Shown here: in pieces, positions 9,670 through 17,460 of the stretch
Layout: each line of letters opens with the position of its first letter
Position numbering within the stretch: the first letter of the stretch is position 1
Assembly (NCBI GenBank): GCA_022736275.1
Contig: DZBJ01000003.1
Span: 6,727-70,726 of the forward strand
Source of the DNA: Rikenella microfusus
GTDB lineage: Bacteria; Bacteroidota; Bacteroidia; Bacteroidales; VadinHA17
Length of the DNA: 64,000 bases
Reading direction: 5' to 3'
Notes under the pieces: generated by a model
The model's input: only the letters and a program-made list of their open reading frames with translations
Databases searched by the model: none
What the model was told of the DNA's origin: nothing
Position numbers and translations under genes: made by a program

Positions 9670-10935
9670 TTACAGTATCAAGTTTGATATTTCCTGGGCA
9701 AAGACAAGTATCAATATCCCTATTGTCATTGAAATAGCGATAGGGATGAGACATGTCTTCAGTATCTTAAAGTGATTTTTCTCTTCGATGATCTGGGCTG
9801 AGTATGCACAAATCAGTGCAGGAGGAGGCATCAAATCTCCCAGGGCAGCCATGAGCACGAGTACTGCGGTAACCACAAGGGTACTTTTACCAATAAATAC
9901 ATAGACAAGCGGTACACCAATTATTGATGCAGAACCATAGGCAGATCCCATGAAAGGCATAAGGCCGGCTGCGAGGTACCTTATTCCCTCAGGCAGGCCA
10001 AGTGCTGTTACTGCCAGGTAACCACGGACTCCCGTCAGGGCGAGTATCTGCAGAAACATCCCTACACCTACTAGGATAGCCATTACAGGCATAGCGCTGC
10101 TAAGTGCTTTTCTTGACACATCAATCAACCTGACCCCTTTCCGTGTTAACAACCCGAGAAGTGTTCCAAGTATAAAAATCAGCGGGACACCAAGATGAGG
10201 AACATACTCATGAAACCTTATTTCACCAATCATGTACAGGATGACGAAGACTATCGGCAGATAGAGTTTTAAACCATATTTCTCATCCTCTGTAGAATCA
10301 AGGTATTGCTTCACTTTTACAACATTGTAATCGCGAAGGTACCTGTACCTGAAATAGAGTGCAGTGATCAGGGCCGGAGGCATCGAGACAAGCAGGAGAG
10401 GGAGACCAAATCCGATATAGGGCATGTCAACGCCACCGCCTATGATCATCACCGGTATGCTGATTGGGGGGGCCACCTCACCGAAAACGGCTGCCATAGC
10501 TATGAGGGCACCAACAGCCAGCCTTTGCATACCAATGTTTATCAGTATAGGTGCAATCAGAGCCCCCGTAGTCAGGATACATGTTGATGACAAGCCGGTG
10601 AGCATACCCGGAAACATAACAAAAACAGTAATCACTATTATAAGAAGGGTTGGCTGCCGGTAAAAAAGCTTGAGAATGCCTCTGCTAACCCCTGCGAGTG
10701 CGCCGGTTTCCTGCATTACACGCATGAAAATCATCGCTGTTGAGATTATCAGAATAGCCTCAAGAAAGCCAAAACCTCCCTCTACCAGATGCCTAGCCGG
10801 TATACCCTGGCCCCCTGTGAGAGCTCCCACAACAGCTGCCAGCATGAGAGAAACACCTGCGGGCATCTTGAGAAGAAAGATACTTAATGCAAATGTTGCA
10901 AGCATGCAAATGAAAATGATCAACTCAATACTCAT
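9670..10935 (-). CDS. DctM/TRAP-large-subunit-like (ion-transporter superfamily) permease
   Basis: 421 aa polytopic membrane protein. The N-terminal region resembles DctM-type permeases. No DctP or DctQ partner of normal size is adjacent. Confidence 0.55.
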   Translation of the reverse strand: MSIELIIFICMLATFALSIFLLKMPAGVSLMLAAVVGALTGGQGIPARHLVEGGFGFLEAILIISTAMIFMRVMQETGALAGVSRGILKLFYRQPTLLIIVITVFVMFPGMLTGLSSTCILTTGALIAPILINIGMQRLAVGALIAMAAVFGEVAPPISIPVMIIGGGVDMPYIGFGLPLLLVSMPPALITALYFRYRYLRDYNVVKVKQYLDSTEDEKYGLKLYLPIVFVILYMIGEIRFHEYVPHLGVPLIFILGTLLGLLTRKGVRLIDVSRKALSSAMPVMAILVGVGMFLQILALTGVRGYLAVTALGLPEGIRYLAAGLMPFMGSAYGSASIIGVPLVYVFIGKSTLVVTAVLVLMAALGDLMPPPALICAYSAQIIEEKNHFKILKTCLIPIAISMTIGILILVFAQEISNLIL

Positions 10936-11039
10936 AAATGAAAGTTATGCAATATGCCGTTCCCAAAAGCCATGCCAGTATTCCAAGTTACTGATTTATA
11001 ATATAATATAAGAGACCGTCCATGTTTGTTTAGGATGAC

Positions 11040-11127
11040 CCGGGCTGAAAAAGCCCATTGGATTGAGGTAATTCAGCCCGGATCAGCCAGGGCAACAGGT
11101 GCCAGCGGCTTCTCCGGGCACCTTTTT
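11040..11127 (+). promoter_or_regulatory. Structured intergenic element with competing hairpins plus an intrinsic-terminator-like stem and T5; candidate attenuator/riboswitch leader or small RNA
   Basis: A perfect 10-bp stem pairs ccgggctgaa (11040-11049) with ttcagcccgg (11072-11081). A mutually exclusive local hairpin pairs gggct (11042-11046) with agccc (11052-11056). A second stem pairs aggtgcc (11097-11103) with ggcacct (11117-11123), and the run ttttt (11123-11127) follows, sharing its first T with the stem end. Confidence 0.3.
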
Positions 11128-11357
11128 GCTTTGTCCGTATATGGGAGCATTTGCCTTGAATTTAAAGCATATGATGAATGAAGGATGCAATAACAGAGCC
11201 GTTGCTTTCATAAGATGAGGTGCTTTAAAGAAATTGGCCTGTTTTTTGATCGTGGGTGCAAGTAGTTAAAGAGAAATCAAAAATTTATTTCTCATTCACT
11301 CATTTAGATTTCTCATTACGGGAGAATTAGTTAATGTGAAATTTCAGACAAAGATCA

Positions 11358-12320
11358 ATGGCAAAATCAAAGCAGAGGTATAGAAACATATACTTCTTTC
11401 TGTTGTTTTTATTAATATCGGTTCCATTTCTTGCAGCACAAGAGATACCTACTGCTGGTTTTATTGATGGAACAAATGGATACATTGGCTTTCTGCCTGG
11501 CAATATGCCGCTGGTTATTTCCATTCCACATGGCGGGTATTTGATGCCTGATGAGATTCCTGAGAGGCCATGTGTCAACTGTTCTAAGAATCAGGATATT
11601 TTTACCCTCGAGATCGGTATGGGAATAAGAGATGCAATATTCAGACAAACCGGTCACTACCCGTACGTCATTATTAATAATCTGCACCGGACAAGGTTGG
11701 ATCCAAATCGGAACATATCAGAAGCATCAGATGGAAATAAGAATGCAGAACTTGTTTGGCACCAGTTCCAGAATTGTATTGATAGTGCATGCTCAGAAGT
11801 AGAAAGCAAATTTGGGAAGGGGTTGTATATTGACCTTCATGGACATCGTCATCTGATTAAAAGGACAGAATTGGGGTACTTACTGAGTAATGAGGAACTT
11901 CAGTTAGAGGATGAACTTCTTGACCTGGACTCATTTGTGGAATTCAGCAGTATCAAGAGCCTGGTTGACAATAATTTAAATAGATTGTCATTTTCACAGT
12001 TGATTAGGGGTAAAGACAGTTTTGGAAGTTTATTTGAGGCGAAGGGCTACCCCACTGTTCCTAGCCGCGGAATTCCGTTTCCGGACTCCGGAGAGCCTTA
12101 TTTTAGCGGGGGTTATAACACAACCCGTCATGGATCATCCCAGGGTGGGACAATAGATGGGATACAGATTGAGCTCGATGAGGAGCTTAGAAGAGATATG
12201 TCAAAACGCGATAAATTGGTTGCCGATCTCGCATGTACTATGGTTGAGTTTCTTAAGATCCATTATTTCCCGGATGCTGATTTTCTCGGAGAGATGGCTC
12301 CCGGTAACAAACAACCGTAG
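11358..12320 (+). CDS. Secreted N-formylglutamate amidohydrolase (FGase)-family protein
   Basis: 320 aa with a signal peptide. ISIPHGGYLMPDEIPE and YIDLHGHRH resemble FGase-family metal and substrate motifs. The family assignment is from memory. Confidence 0.5.
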   Translation: MAKSKQRYRNIYFFLLFLLISVPFLAAQEIPTAGFIDGTNGYIGFLPGNMPLVISIPHGGYLMPDEIPERPCVNCSKNQDIFTLEIGMGIRDAIFRQTGHYPYVIINNLHRTRLDPNRNISEASDGNKNAELVWHQFQNCIDSACSEVESKFGKGLYIDLHGHRHLIKRTELGYLLSNEELQLEDELLDLDSFVEFSSIKSLVDNNLNRLSFSQLIRGKDSFGSLFEAKGYPTVPSRGIPFPDSGEPYFSGGYNTTRHGSSQGGTIDGIQIELDEELRRDMSKRDKLVADLACTMVEFLKIHYFPDADFLGEMAPGNKQP

Positions 12321-12358
12321 GGTAAGTCTCCAATAAAAGGACTGAAGTAAAAGTTTCA

Positions 12359-12385
12359 GGGGTGCTACTGCACCCCTTTTTTTTT
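12359..12385 (+). terminator. Rho-independent terminator after the FGase-like gene
   Basis: Stem ggggtgc / gcacccc with loop tact, followed by a T9 run. Confidence 0.75.
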
Positions 12386-12395
12386 GAGAAATCTG

Positions 12396-12425
12396 ATGCC
12401 GTCACAAACGGCATTTATTTTTTTT
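12396..12425 (+). terminator. Second, tandem terminator-like hairpin
   Basis: Stem atgccgt / acggcat with loop cacaa, followed by ttatttttttt. Confidence 0.55.
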
Positions 12426-12469
12426 GGTTCCGAAAAGTCCGGCTCATTTTTAATTCTTATTATTATTAG

Positions 12470-12477
12470 TATATTTG
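12470..12477 (+). promoter_or_regulatory. Candidate Bacteroidota -7 promoter box (TAnnTTTG)
   Basis: TATATTTG lies 37 nt upstream of the ATG at 12514. This is a motif match only. Confidence 0.3.
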
Positions 12478-12513
12478 TTAACCACGCTTTGAACTCAACC
12501 GCCTGGTCCAGTA

Positions 12514-13224
12514 ATGAATTGTATTATCGTTGATGACGACCCCGTTTGGCTCAGAACCCTTGAAGAGTTCGTGGGCAAATCCTCGTCCCTCTCACTGGTG
12601 GGAAGCTTCACGGAATCATTGTCGGCAAGAAACCTGCTGATGTCACGCAGGGACATTGAACTGATCTTCCTCGATATCCAGATGCCGGAGATGGACGGCT
12701 TCGACTTCCTGTCAAGCCTTGAGAATCCTCCTCACATAATATTTGTATCCGGAAGTGAGGAGCATGCATTCAAGGCTTTCAACTACAACGGTATTGACTA
12801 CCTTCTCAAACCGATCACCTATCCCCGCTTCTGCAGGGCTGTCGAGAAGATTATGAAATATTATGCTCCACGTCAGGCTCCGTCAGCCGTGGGTGAGGAG
12901 GAGATATTTATCAAGAAGGCATCATCACTCGTACGCCTTAAACTCAAAGAGATTCTCTACGTGGAGGCCCTCGAAAACTACGTCAGCGTCATCACTCGCG
13001 ACGAAAAGTACACCATACACTTCACCATGAGGGCCATCGAACAGCAACTCCCGTCAGGCCTCTTCGTCAGGATTCACCGTTCGTACCTCGTGAACAAGAG
13101 CGTCATCAGGTCGATCAGTGAAAACAGCCTGACCATCTTTGTAGGTAACACACCCAAGATCCTTCCCGTCGGAAAATCGTACCGTGACGGGATAATGAAC
13201 TATATCAACATAATGACGCGGTAA
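12514..13224 (+). CDS. LytR/AlgR-family response regulator (REC + LytTR DNA-binding domain)
   Basis: 236 aa. The receiver region reads IIVDDD...IFLDIQMPEMDGF...LLKP. The C-terminal LytTR region reads YVEALENYVSVIT...RIHRSYLVN. Confidence 0.9.
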   Translation: MNCIIVDDDPVWLRTLEEFVGKSSSLSLVGSFTESLSARNLLMSRRDIELIFLDIQMPEMDGFDFLSSLENPPHIIFVSGSEEHAFKAFNYNGIDYLLKPITYPRFCRAVEKIMKYYAPRQAPSAVGEEEIFIKKASSLVRLKLKEILYVEALENYVSVITRDEKYTIHFTMRAIEQQLPSGLFVRIHRSYLVNKSVIRSISENSLTIFVGNTPKILPVGKSYRDGIMNYINIMTR

Positions 13225-14412
13225 ATGCCGTCACTGAGGCAACTCTTCCTTGATCATCTCGGACAGACCTCTCCAACACCCCTTATGCTTCAGATAGAGA
13301 GGGCCGAAGGATCCTTTCTTTATGACAGTGACGGAAAGGATTATATCGACCTTATCTCCGGCGTCTCGGTGAGCAGCACAGGCCACTGCCACCCGGCTGT
13401 GGTGGCTGCAGTGCAGGAACAGGCCGCGCGGTACATGCATCTCATGGTCTACGGCGAAGTGGTGCAGAGCCCCCAGGTCCGGTATGCGGAACGCCTTGCT
13501 TCTCTTTTACCCCCGTCACTCCGGTCGGTCTTCTTTGTCAACTCCGGAAGCGAAGCCATAGAGGGGGCCCTCAAGCTGTCACGCAGACACACCGGGAGGA
13601 ATGAGATAATCTATTTCAGGAACGCTTACCATGGTTCAACCACAGGGGCCCTCAGCGTGCAGGGATCGGAGACCTACAGAAACGCATTCAGACCGCTGAT
13701 GCCCTCCACAACCATGGCCGAGTTCAACTCCCCTGATGCTCCTGCGAAGGTAAGCCAGAGCACCGCCGCTGTGATTGTTGAACCGGTGCAGGCTGAGGCA
13801 GGGGTGATAGAGCCTGCCGGCAGTTTCCTCGCTGACCTGCGGCACGCATGCGACAGGAACGGGGCCATGCTCATCTTCGACGAGGTGCAGACCGGCTTCG
13901 GACGCACAGGCAGCCTCTTCTCACTCATAAAATACAACGTAATCCCCGATATCCTTGTGCTGGCTAAGGCCCTGGGCGGCGGCATGCCACTTGGCGCCTT
14001 CATCGCTTCGCGAGAGATAATGTCATCCCTTGCCCATGACCCGGTCCTTGGCCATATAACCACCTTCGGAGGCCATCCGGTATGCTGCGCGGCCGGAATG
14101 GCATCACTTGAGGTGATCCTGAACGGAAACCTGACGCAGATGGCAGTGGAAAAGGAGCATCTTTTCAGGGAAGAACTTGAAGGAATGCCGATCAGGGAGA
14201 TAAGAGGTCAGGGCCTCCTGCTGGCAGTGGTGCCTGACGATAAGAAATTAATACCTGCTATTGTGGCACGGGCGCCGGAATACGGGCTGATGCTCGACTA
14301 TTTTCTCTTCTGCGATGAGGCATTCCGGATCGCACCACCACTGACAATATCAACCGACGAGATACGTCTTGCCTGTCAGCGCCTTAGAGAACTGATAAAG
14401 GCGGTGTCCTGA
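13225..14412 (+). CDS. Class-III PLP-dependent aminotransferase (acetylornithine/ornithine aminotransferase-like)
   Basis: 395 aa with NSGSEAIEGALKL, IFDEVQTGFGRTG and LAKALGGGMPLGA (PLP-Lys region). Its ATG directly abuts the response-regulator stop codon. Confidence 0.85.
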   Translation: MPSLRQLFLDHLGQTSPTPLMLQIERAEGSFLYDSDGKDYIDLISGVSVSSTGHCHPAVVAAVQEQAARYMHLMVYGEVVQSPQVRYAERLASLLPPSLRSVFFVNSGSEAIEGALKLSRRHTGRNEIIYFRNAYHGSTTGALSVQGSETYRNAFRPLMPSTTMAEFNSPDAPAKVSQSTAAVIVEPVQAEAGVIEPAGSFLADLRHACDRNGAMLIFDEVQTGFGRTGSLFSLIKYNVIPDILVLAKALGGGMPLGAFIASREIMSSLAHDPVLGHITTFGGHPVCCAAGMASLEVILNGNLTQMAVEKEHLFREELEGMPIREIRGQGLLLAVVPDDKKLIPAIVARAPEYGLMLDYFLFCDEAFRIAPPLTISTDEIRLACQRLRELIKAVS

Positions 14413-14440
14413 CCTGACTGACTGCAGCCGGCAGTGTAAA

Positions 14441-14473
14441 AGAATTAAGAATTAAGAATTATGAATTAAGAAT
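14441..14473. repeat. AT-rich heptanucleotide tandem repeat (agaatta x3, tgaatta, agaat)
   Basis: Read directly from the sequence: agaatta agaatta agaatta tgaatta agaat. Confidence 0.9.
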
Positions 14474-14513
14474 CAGATACTTAGGCTATTGTCTATTGCT
14501 TACTACCTGATTT

Positions 14514-14546
14514 GACTGCCGACTGCTGACTGCCGGTTGCCGACTA
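14514..14546. repeat. GC-rich heptanucleotide tandem repeat of (t/c)gactgc type
   Basis: Reads gactgc cgactgc tgactgc cggttgc cgacta. It contains the 21-mer actgccgactgctgactgccg (14515-14535), which is identical to 25268-25288. Confidence 0.9.
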
Positions 14547-14670
14547 ATGGCAGACCTTCAGACTTTAGACTTAACAGACCTGCCGCAGGCAGACTGACAC
14601 TCTGTCATACTTCCCCGCTGCGGCACACACTTTGAAGATCACGGCAGGATAATCACGAAAACTATATCAT

Positions 14671-16722
14671 ATGGAAAAGGGAAAAATCGGAGTTACTACA
14701 GAAAACATCTTTCCAATAATCAAGAAATTCCTCTACTCAGATCATGAGATCTTCCTGAGAGAACTCGTATCAAACGCAACGGATGCCACTCAGAAACTGA
14801 AAACATTTGCTTCAGCCGGCGAACTGAAGGGCGAACTCGGCGAAATGAGTATCAGCGTAAGCTTTGATCCGAAAAAGAAAACCATCACCGTTTCGGATAA
14901 CGGCATCGGGATGAGCGCCGAAGAAATTGATAAGTACCTCAACCAGATTGCGTTCTCAAGCGCAAACGAGTTCCTTGACAAATACCAGGACCAGGCAAAC
15001 GCCATCATCGGTCAGTTCGGACTGGGATTCTATTCGTCATTCATGGTTTCAGACAAAGTGGAGGTGATCTCCAAGACGTACCGCGACGGCGTGCCTGCCG
15101 TGAAGTGGACCTGTGACGGCAGTCCTGAGTATTCCATCGAAGAGACTGAGAAGGCAGGACGTGGCACCGATATTATACTGCACATAGACAAGGATTCAAA
15201 GGAGTTCCTCGATGAACAGAGGCTGGAGAATCTTCTGAAGAAATACTGCAGCTTCCTGCCGGTGCCGGTGCACTTCGGCAATGAGAAGGAGTGGAAAGAC
15301 GGCAAGATGGTCGACACGGGAAAACCGAAAGTGATCAACAATACCCGTCCCGCATGGACAATCAAACCATCAGAGCTGAAGGATGAGGATTACAACAAAT
15401 TCTATCATGAGCTCTACCCCATGGGTGAGGATCCGCTCTTCAACATCCACCTCAATGTCGATTATCCCTTCAAACTCACCGGGATACTCTATTTCCCCAA
15501 GATCAGGAACAACTTCGAGATACAGAAGAACAAGATCCAGCTCTACTGCAACCAGGTCTTCGTCACCGACTCTGTTGAAGGGATAGTGCCGGACTTCCTG
15601 ACACTGTTGCACGGTGTGATCGACTCGCCTGATATCCCCCTCAACGTCTCGAGAAGTTACCTCCAGAGTGATTCAAACGTAAAGAAGATTTCAAGCCATA
15701 TCACCAAGAAGGTGGCGGACCGCCTGGCTGACATATTCAAGAAAGACAGGGAGAACTTCGAAAAGAAGTGGGATGATCTCAAGCTATTTATAGAGTACGG
15801 CATGATCACAGAGGAGAAGTTCTATGAGAAGGTCTCCAAGTTTGCCCTGTTTAAGAACACCGCCGGTAAGTACTTCACCCTTGAGGAGTATGACAAGATC
15901 ATCAAAGAGAACCAGACTGACAAGGACAAGGCCCTGATTCACCTATACACCACTGATCCCGTGGCGCAGCATACCTACGTGGCCAAGGCGGCAGAGAAGG
16001 GGTATGACGTGCTGGTGCTTGACGGCCAGCTTGACACCCACCTGATAAACGCGCTTGAGTCGAAAGACCAGGGATCGAGGTTCGTGAGGGTCGACAGTGA
16101 CGTGATTGAGAACCTGATAAAGAAAGATGAGAGCCACTCTTCAAAACTATCAAAAGCGCAGTCTGATGACGTTGCCCAGGTATTCCGCAGCCAGGTTGCT
16201 GACAGTGACAAGGCCCGCTTCCATGTCAGGTCAGAGAGCCTTGATGAAAATGACCTGCCGATGGTCATCACCCAGAGCGAGTTCATGCGACGGATGAAGG
16301 ATATGGCGCAGTTCGGAGGAGGATACTCTTTCTACGGCGAGATGCCCGACAGCTTCGACCTGGTGCTGAACACCAACCATCCGCTGGTTGTAGCCCTGGC
16401 AGGTGACCTTGACAAAGAGCATGCTGACGAACTGAAGAAAAACAGCGCAGGGATAGAAAAGACCAGGGTTGAGATTGAATTCATGGAGAAGGAGCACGGC
16501 AAGAAGAAGCCCGAGGAGATCCCTTCAGTGGAGAAGGATGACCTGGAGAGACTCAGGGGAGAACTGAAGCAGCTTGAGGAAAAGAGAAAGGGCATCCTCG
16601 ATGGCTTCGGTAATGAACACAAGGCAGTCAGACAGATTATCGACCTCGCTATGCTGGCCAACAACATGCTTAAGGGAGAGGCTCTCAGCGCGTTCGTCAA
16701 GCGCAGTATCAGCCTCCTCTAG
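14671..16722 (+). CDS. htpG: Molecular chaperone HtpG (Hsp90)
   Basis: 683 aa with the GHKL ATPase N-terminus (FLRELVSNATDA, DNGIGM, IGQFGLGFYS). Confidence 0.95.
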   Translation: MEKGKIGVTTENIFPIIKKFLYSDHEIFLRELVSNATDATQKLKTFASAGELKGELGEMSISVSFDPKKKTITVSDNGIGMSAEEIDKYLNQIAFSSANEFLDKYQDQANAIIGQFGLGFYSSFMVSDKVEVISKTYRDGVPAVKWTCDGSPEYSIEETEKAGRGTDIILHIDKDSKEFLDEQRLENLLKKYCSFLPVPVHFGNEKEWKDGKMVDTGKPKVINNTRPAWTIKPSELKDEDYNKFYHELYPMGEDPLFNIHLNVDYPFKLTGILYFPKIRNNFEIQKNKIQLYCNQVFVTDSVEGIVPDFLTLLHGVIDSPDIPLNVSRSYLQSDSNVKKISSHITKKVADRLADIFKKDRENFEKKWDDLKLFIEYGMITEEKFYEKVSKFALFKNTAGKYFTLEEYDKIIKENQTDKDKALIHLYTTDPVAQHTYVAKAAEKGYDVLVLDGQLDTHLINALESKDQGSRFVRVDSDVIENLIKKDESHSSKLSKAQSDDVAQVFRSQVADSDKARFHVRSESLDENDLPMVITQSEFMRRMKDMAQFGGGYSFYGEMPDSFDLVLNTNHPLVVALAGDLDKEHADELKKNSAGIEKTRVEIEFMEKEHGKKKPEEIPSVEKDDLERLRGELKQLEEKRKGILDGFGNEHKAVRQIIDLAMLANNMLKGEALSAFVKRSISLL

Positions 16723-16756
16723 GAACAATACATTTGTTAAAGCCTTAATATTAAAT

Positions 16757-16783
16757 GGCGCCCCGCAGGGGCGTCTTTTTTTT
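16757..16783. terminator. Bidirectional terminator between convergent htpG and the 174-aa gene
   Basis: Stem ggcgcccc / ggggcgtc with loop gca, followed by T8. The T-run overlaps the stop codon of the minus-strand gene. Confidence 0.7.
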
Positions 16784-17306
16784 AGCCCATTATCCGGGCG
16801 AGTTCCGATTTAATGTAGCCGATGGCAGCCCGGCAGGGCTCCGTCTCCATCTCCATCACCTGCTCGATCAGGAGACGCGAGAGCTCTTCACCCGATGCCG
16901 CCGGGGGCAGCTGTGTGGCAACGCCGTTGATCATCCTGACAACCGTCCCGCGTGCGTTCTTAACCATCTCCCATGCCTCATTGCTCATATATATCTGCTG
17001 CGAGAGGTTATGCTCATATTCGCTCCTTACATTGCTGACCAGGGCTGAATGCAGTTGCTGGGCAGTCATCTCCGGCTGAGCCGTCCGCATGATGAGAGAC
17101 TCGGGCGAAATCCGCTCGAGAAACAACACCACTCTTTCATATGCCTGCAACTTCACCGGCGTGACGGTCTTTACCGTCTGAAGCAACAGATCCTGCCGCC
17201 TGCGGTCCTGGTCATCACGCAGCATGTTCCCTATCACCAGCCATGCCGTGATCATAACAAGCAAAGCCGGAAGCACTATTTTGAGAATCTCAAGGAAGGT
17301 TTCCAT
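16782..17306 (-). CDS. Hypothetical membrane-anchored protein
   Basis: 174 aa with an N-terminal TM helix (ILKIVLPALLVMITAWLVIG). No motif recognised. Confidence 0.6.
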   Translation of the reverse strand: METFLEILKIVLPALLVMITAWLVIGNMLRDDQDRRRQDLLLQTVKTVTPVKLQAYERVVLFLERISPESLIMRTAQPEMTAQQLHSALVSNVRSEYEHNLSQQIYMSNEAWEMVKNARGTVVRMINGVATQLPPAASGEELSRLLIEQVMEMETEPCRAAIGYIKSELARIMG

Positions 17307-17460
17307 GTCAGATGTGGTTGATTATTGTTAAGGCATGCAAATTAATCATTTTTATTCAAGGCAGGTAATCGCGACGAAGGCTGCAATAATCCCTTTTCTT
17401 TTTCACTTTTAACAATTACATTTGGCCCTTTCACAACTGGTTAACATTAAAAAATCAATT

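Noticed and set aside
10936-11357. I checked the large intergenic region for tRNA, SRP RNA, RNase P RNA or 6S-like genes.
   Set aside because: No cloverleaf is present. There is no match to the conserved RNase P (GAGGAAAGUCCGGGC...) or SRP domain IV motifs beyond trivial GC-rich words. I kept it only as an unclassified structured element.
14441-14546. The heptad arrays, together with those at 25221-25292, as a possible CRISPR array.
   Set aside because: The units are 7 nt and contiguous without spacers, no cas genes are present, and the arrays are about 30 nt long.
17422-17460. N-terminal extensions from TTG starts in the ORF track (17422, 39506, 47129).
   Set aside because: In each case the extension lacks similarity to the family N-terminus or precedes an obvious signal peptide. 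An in-frame ATG gives the expected N-terminus, so I used 17461, 39533 and 47195.
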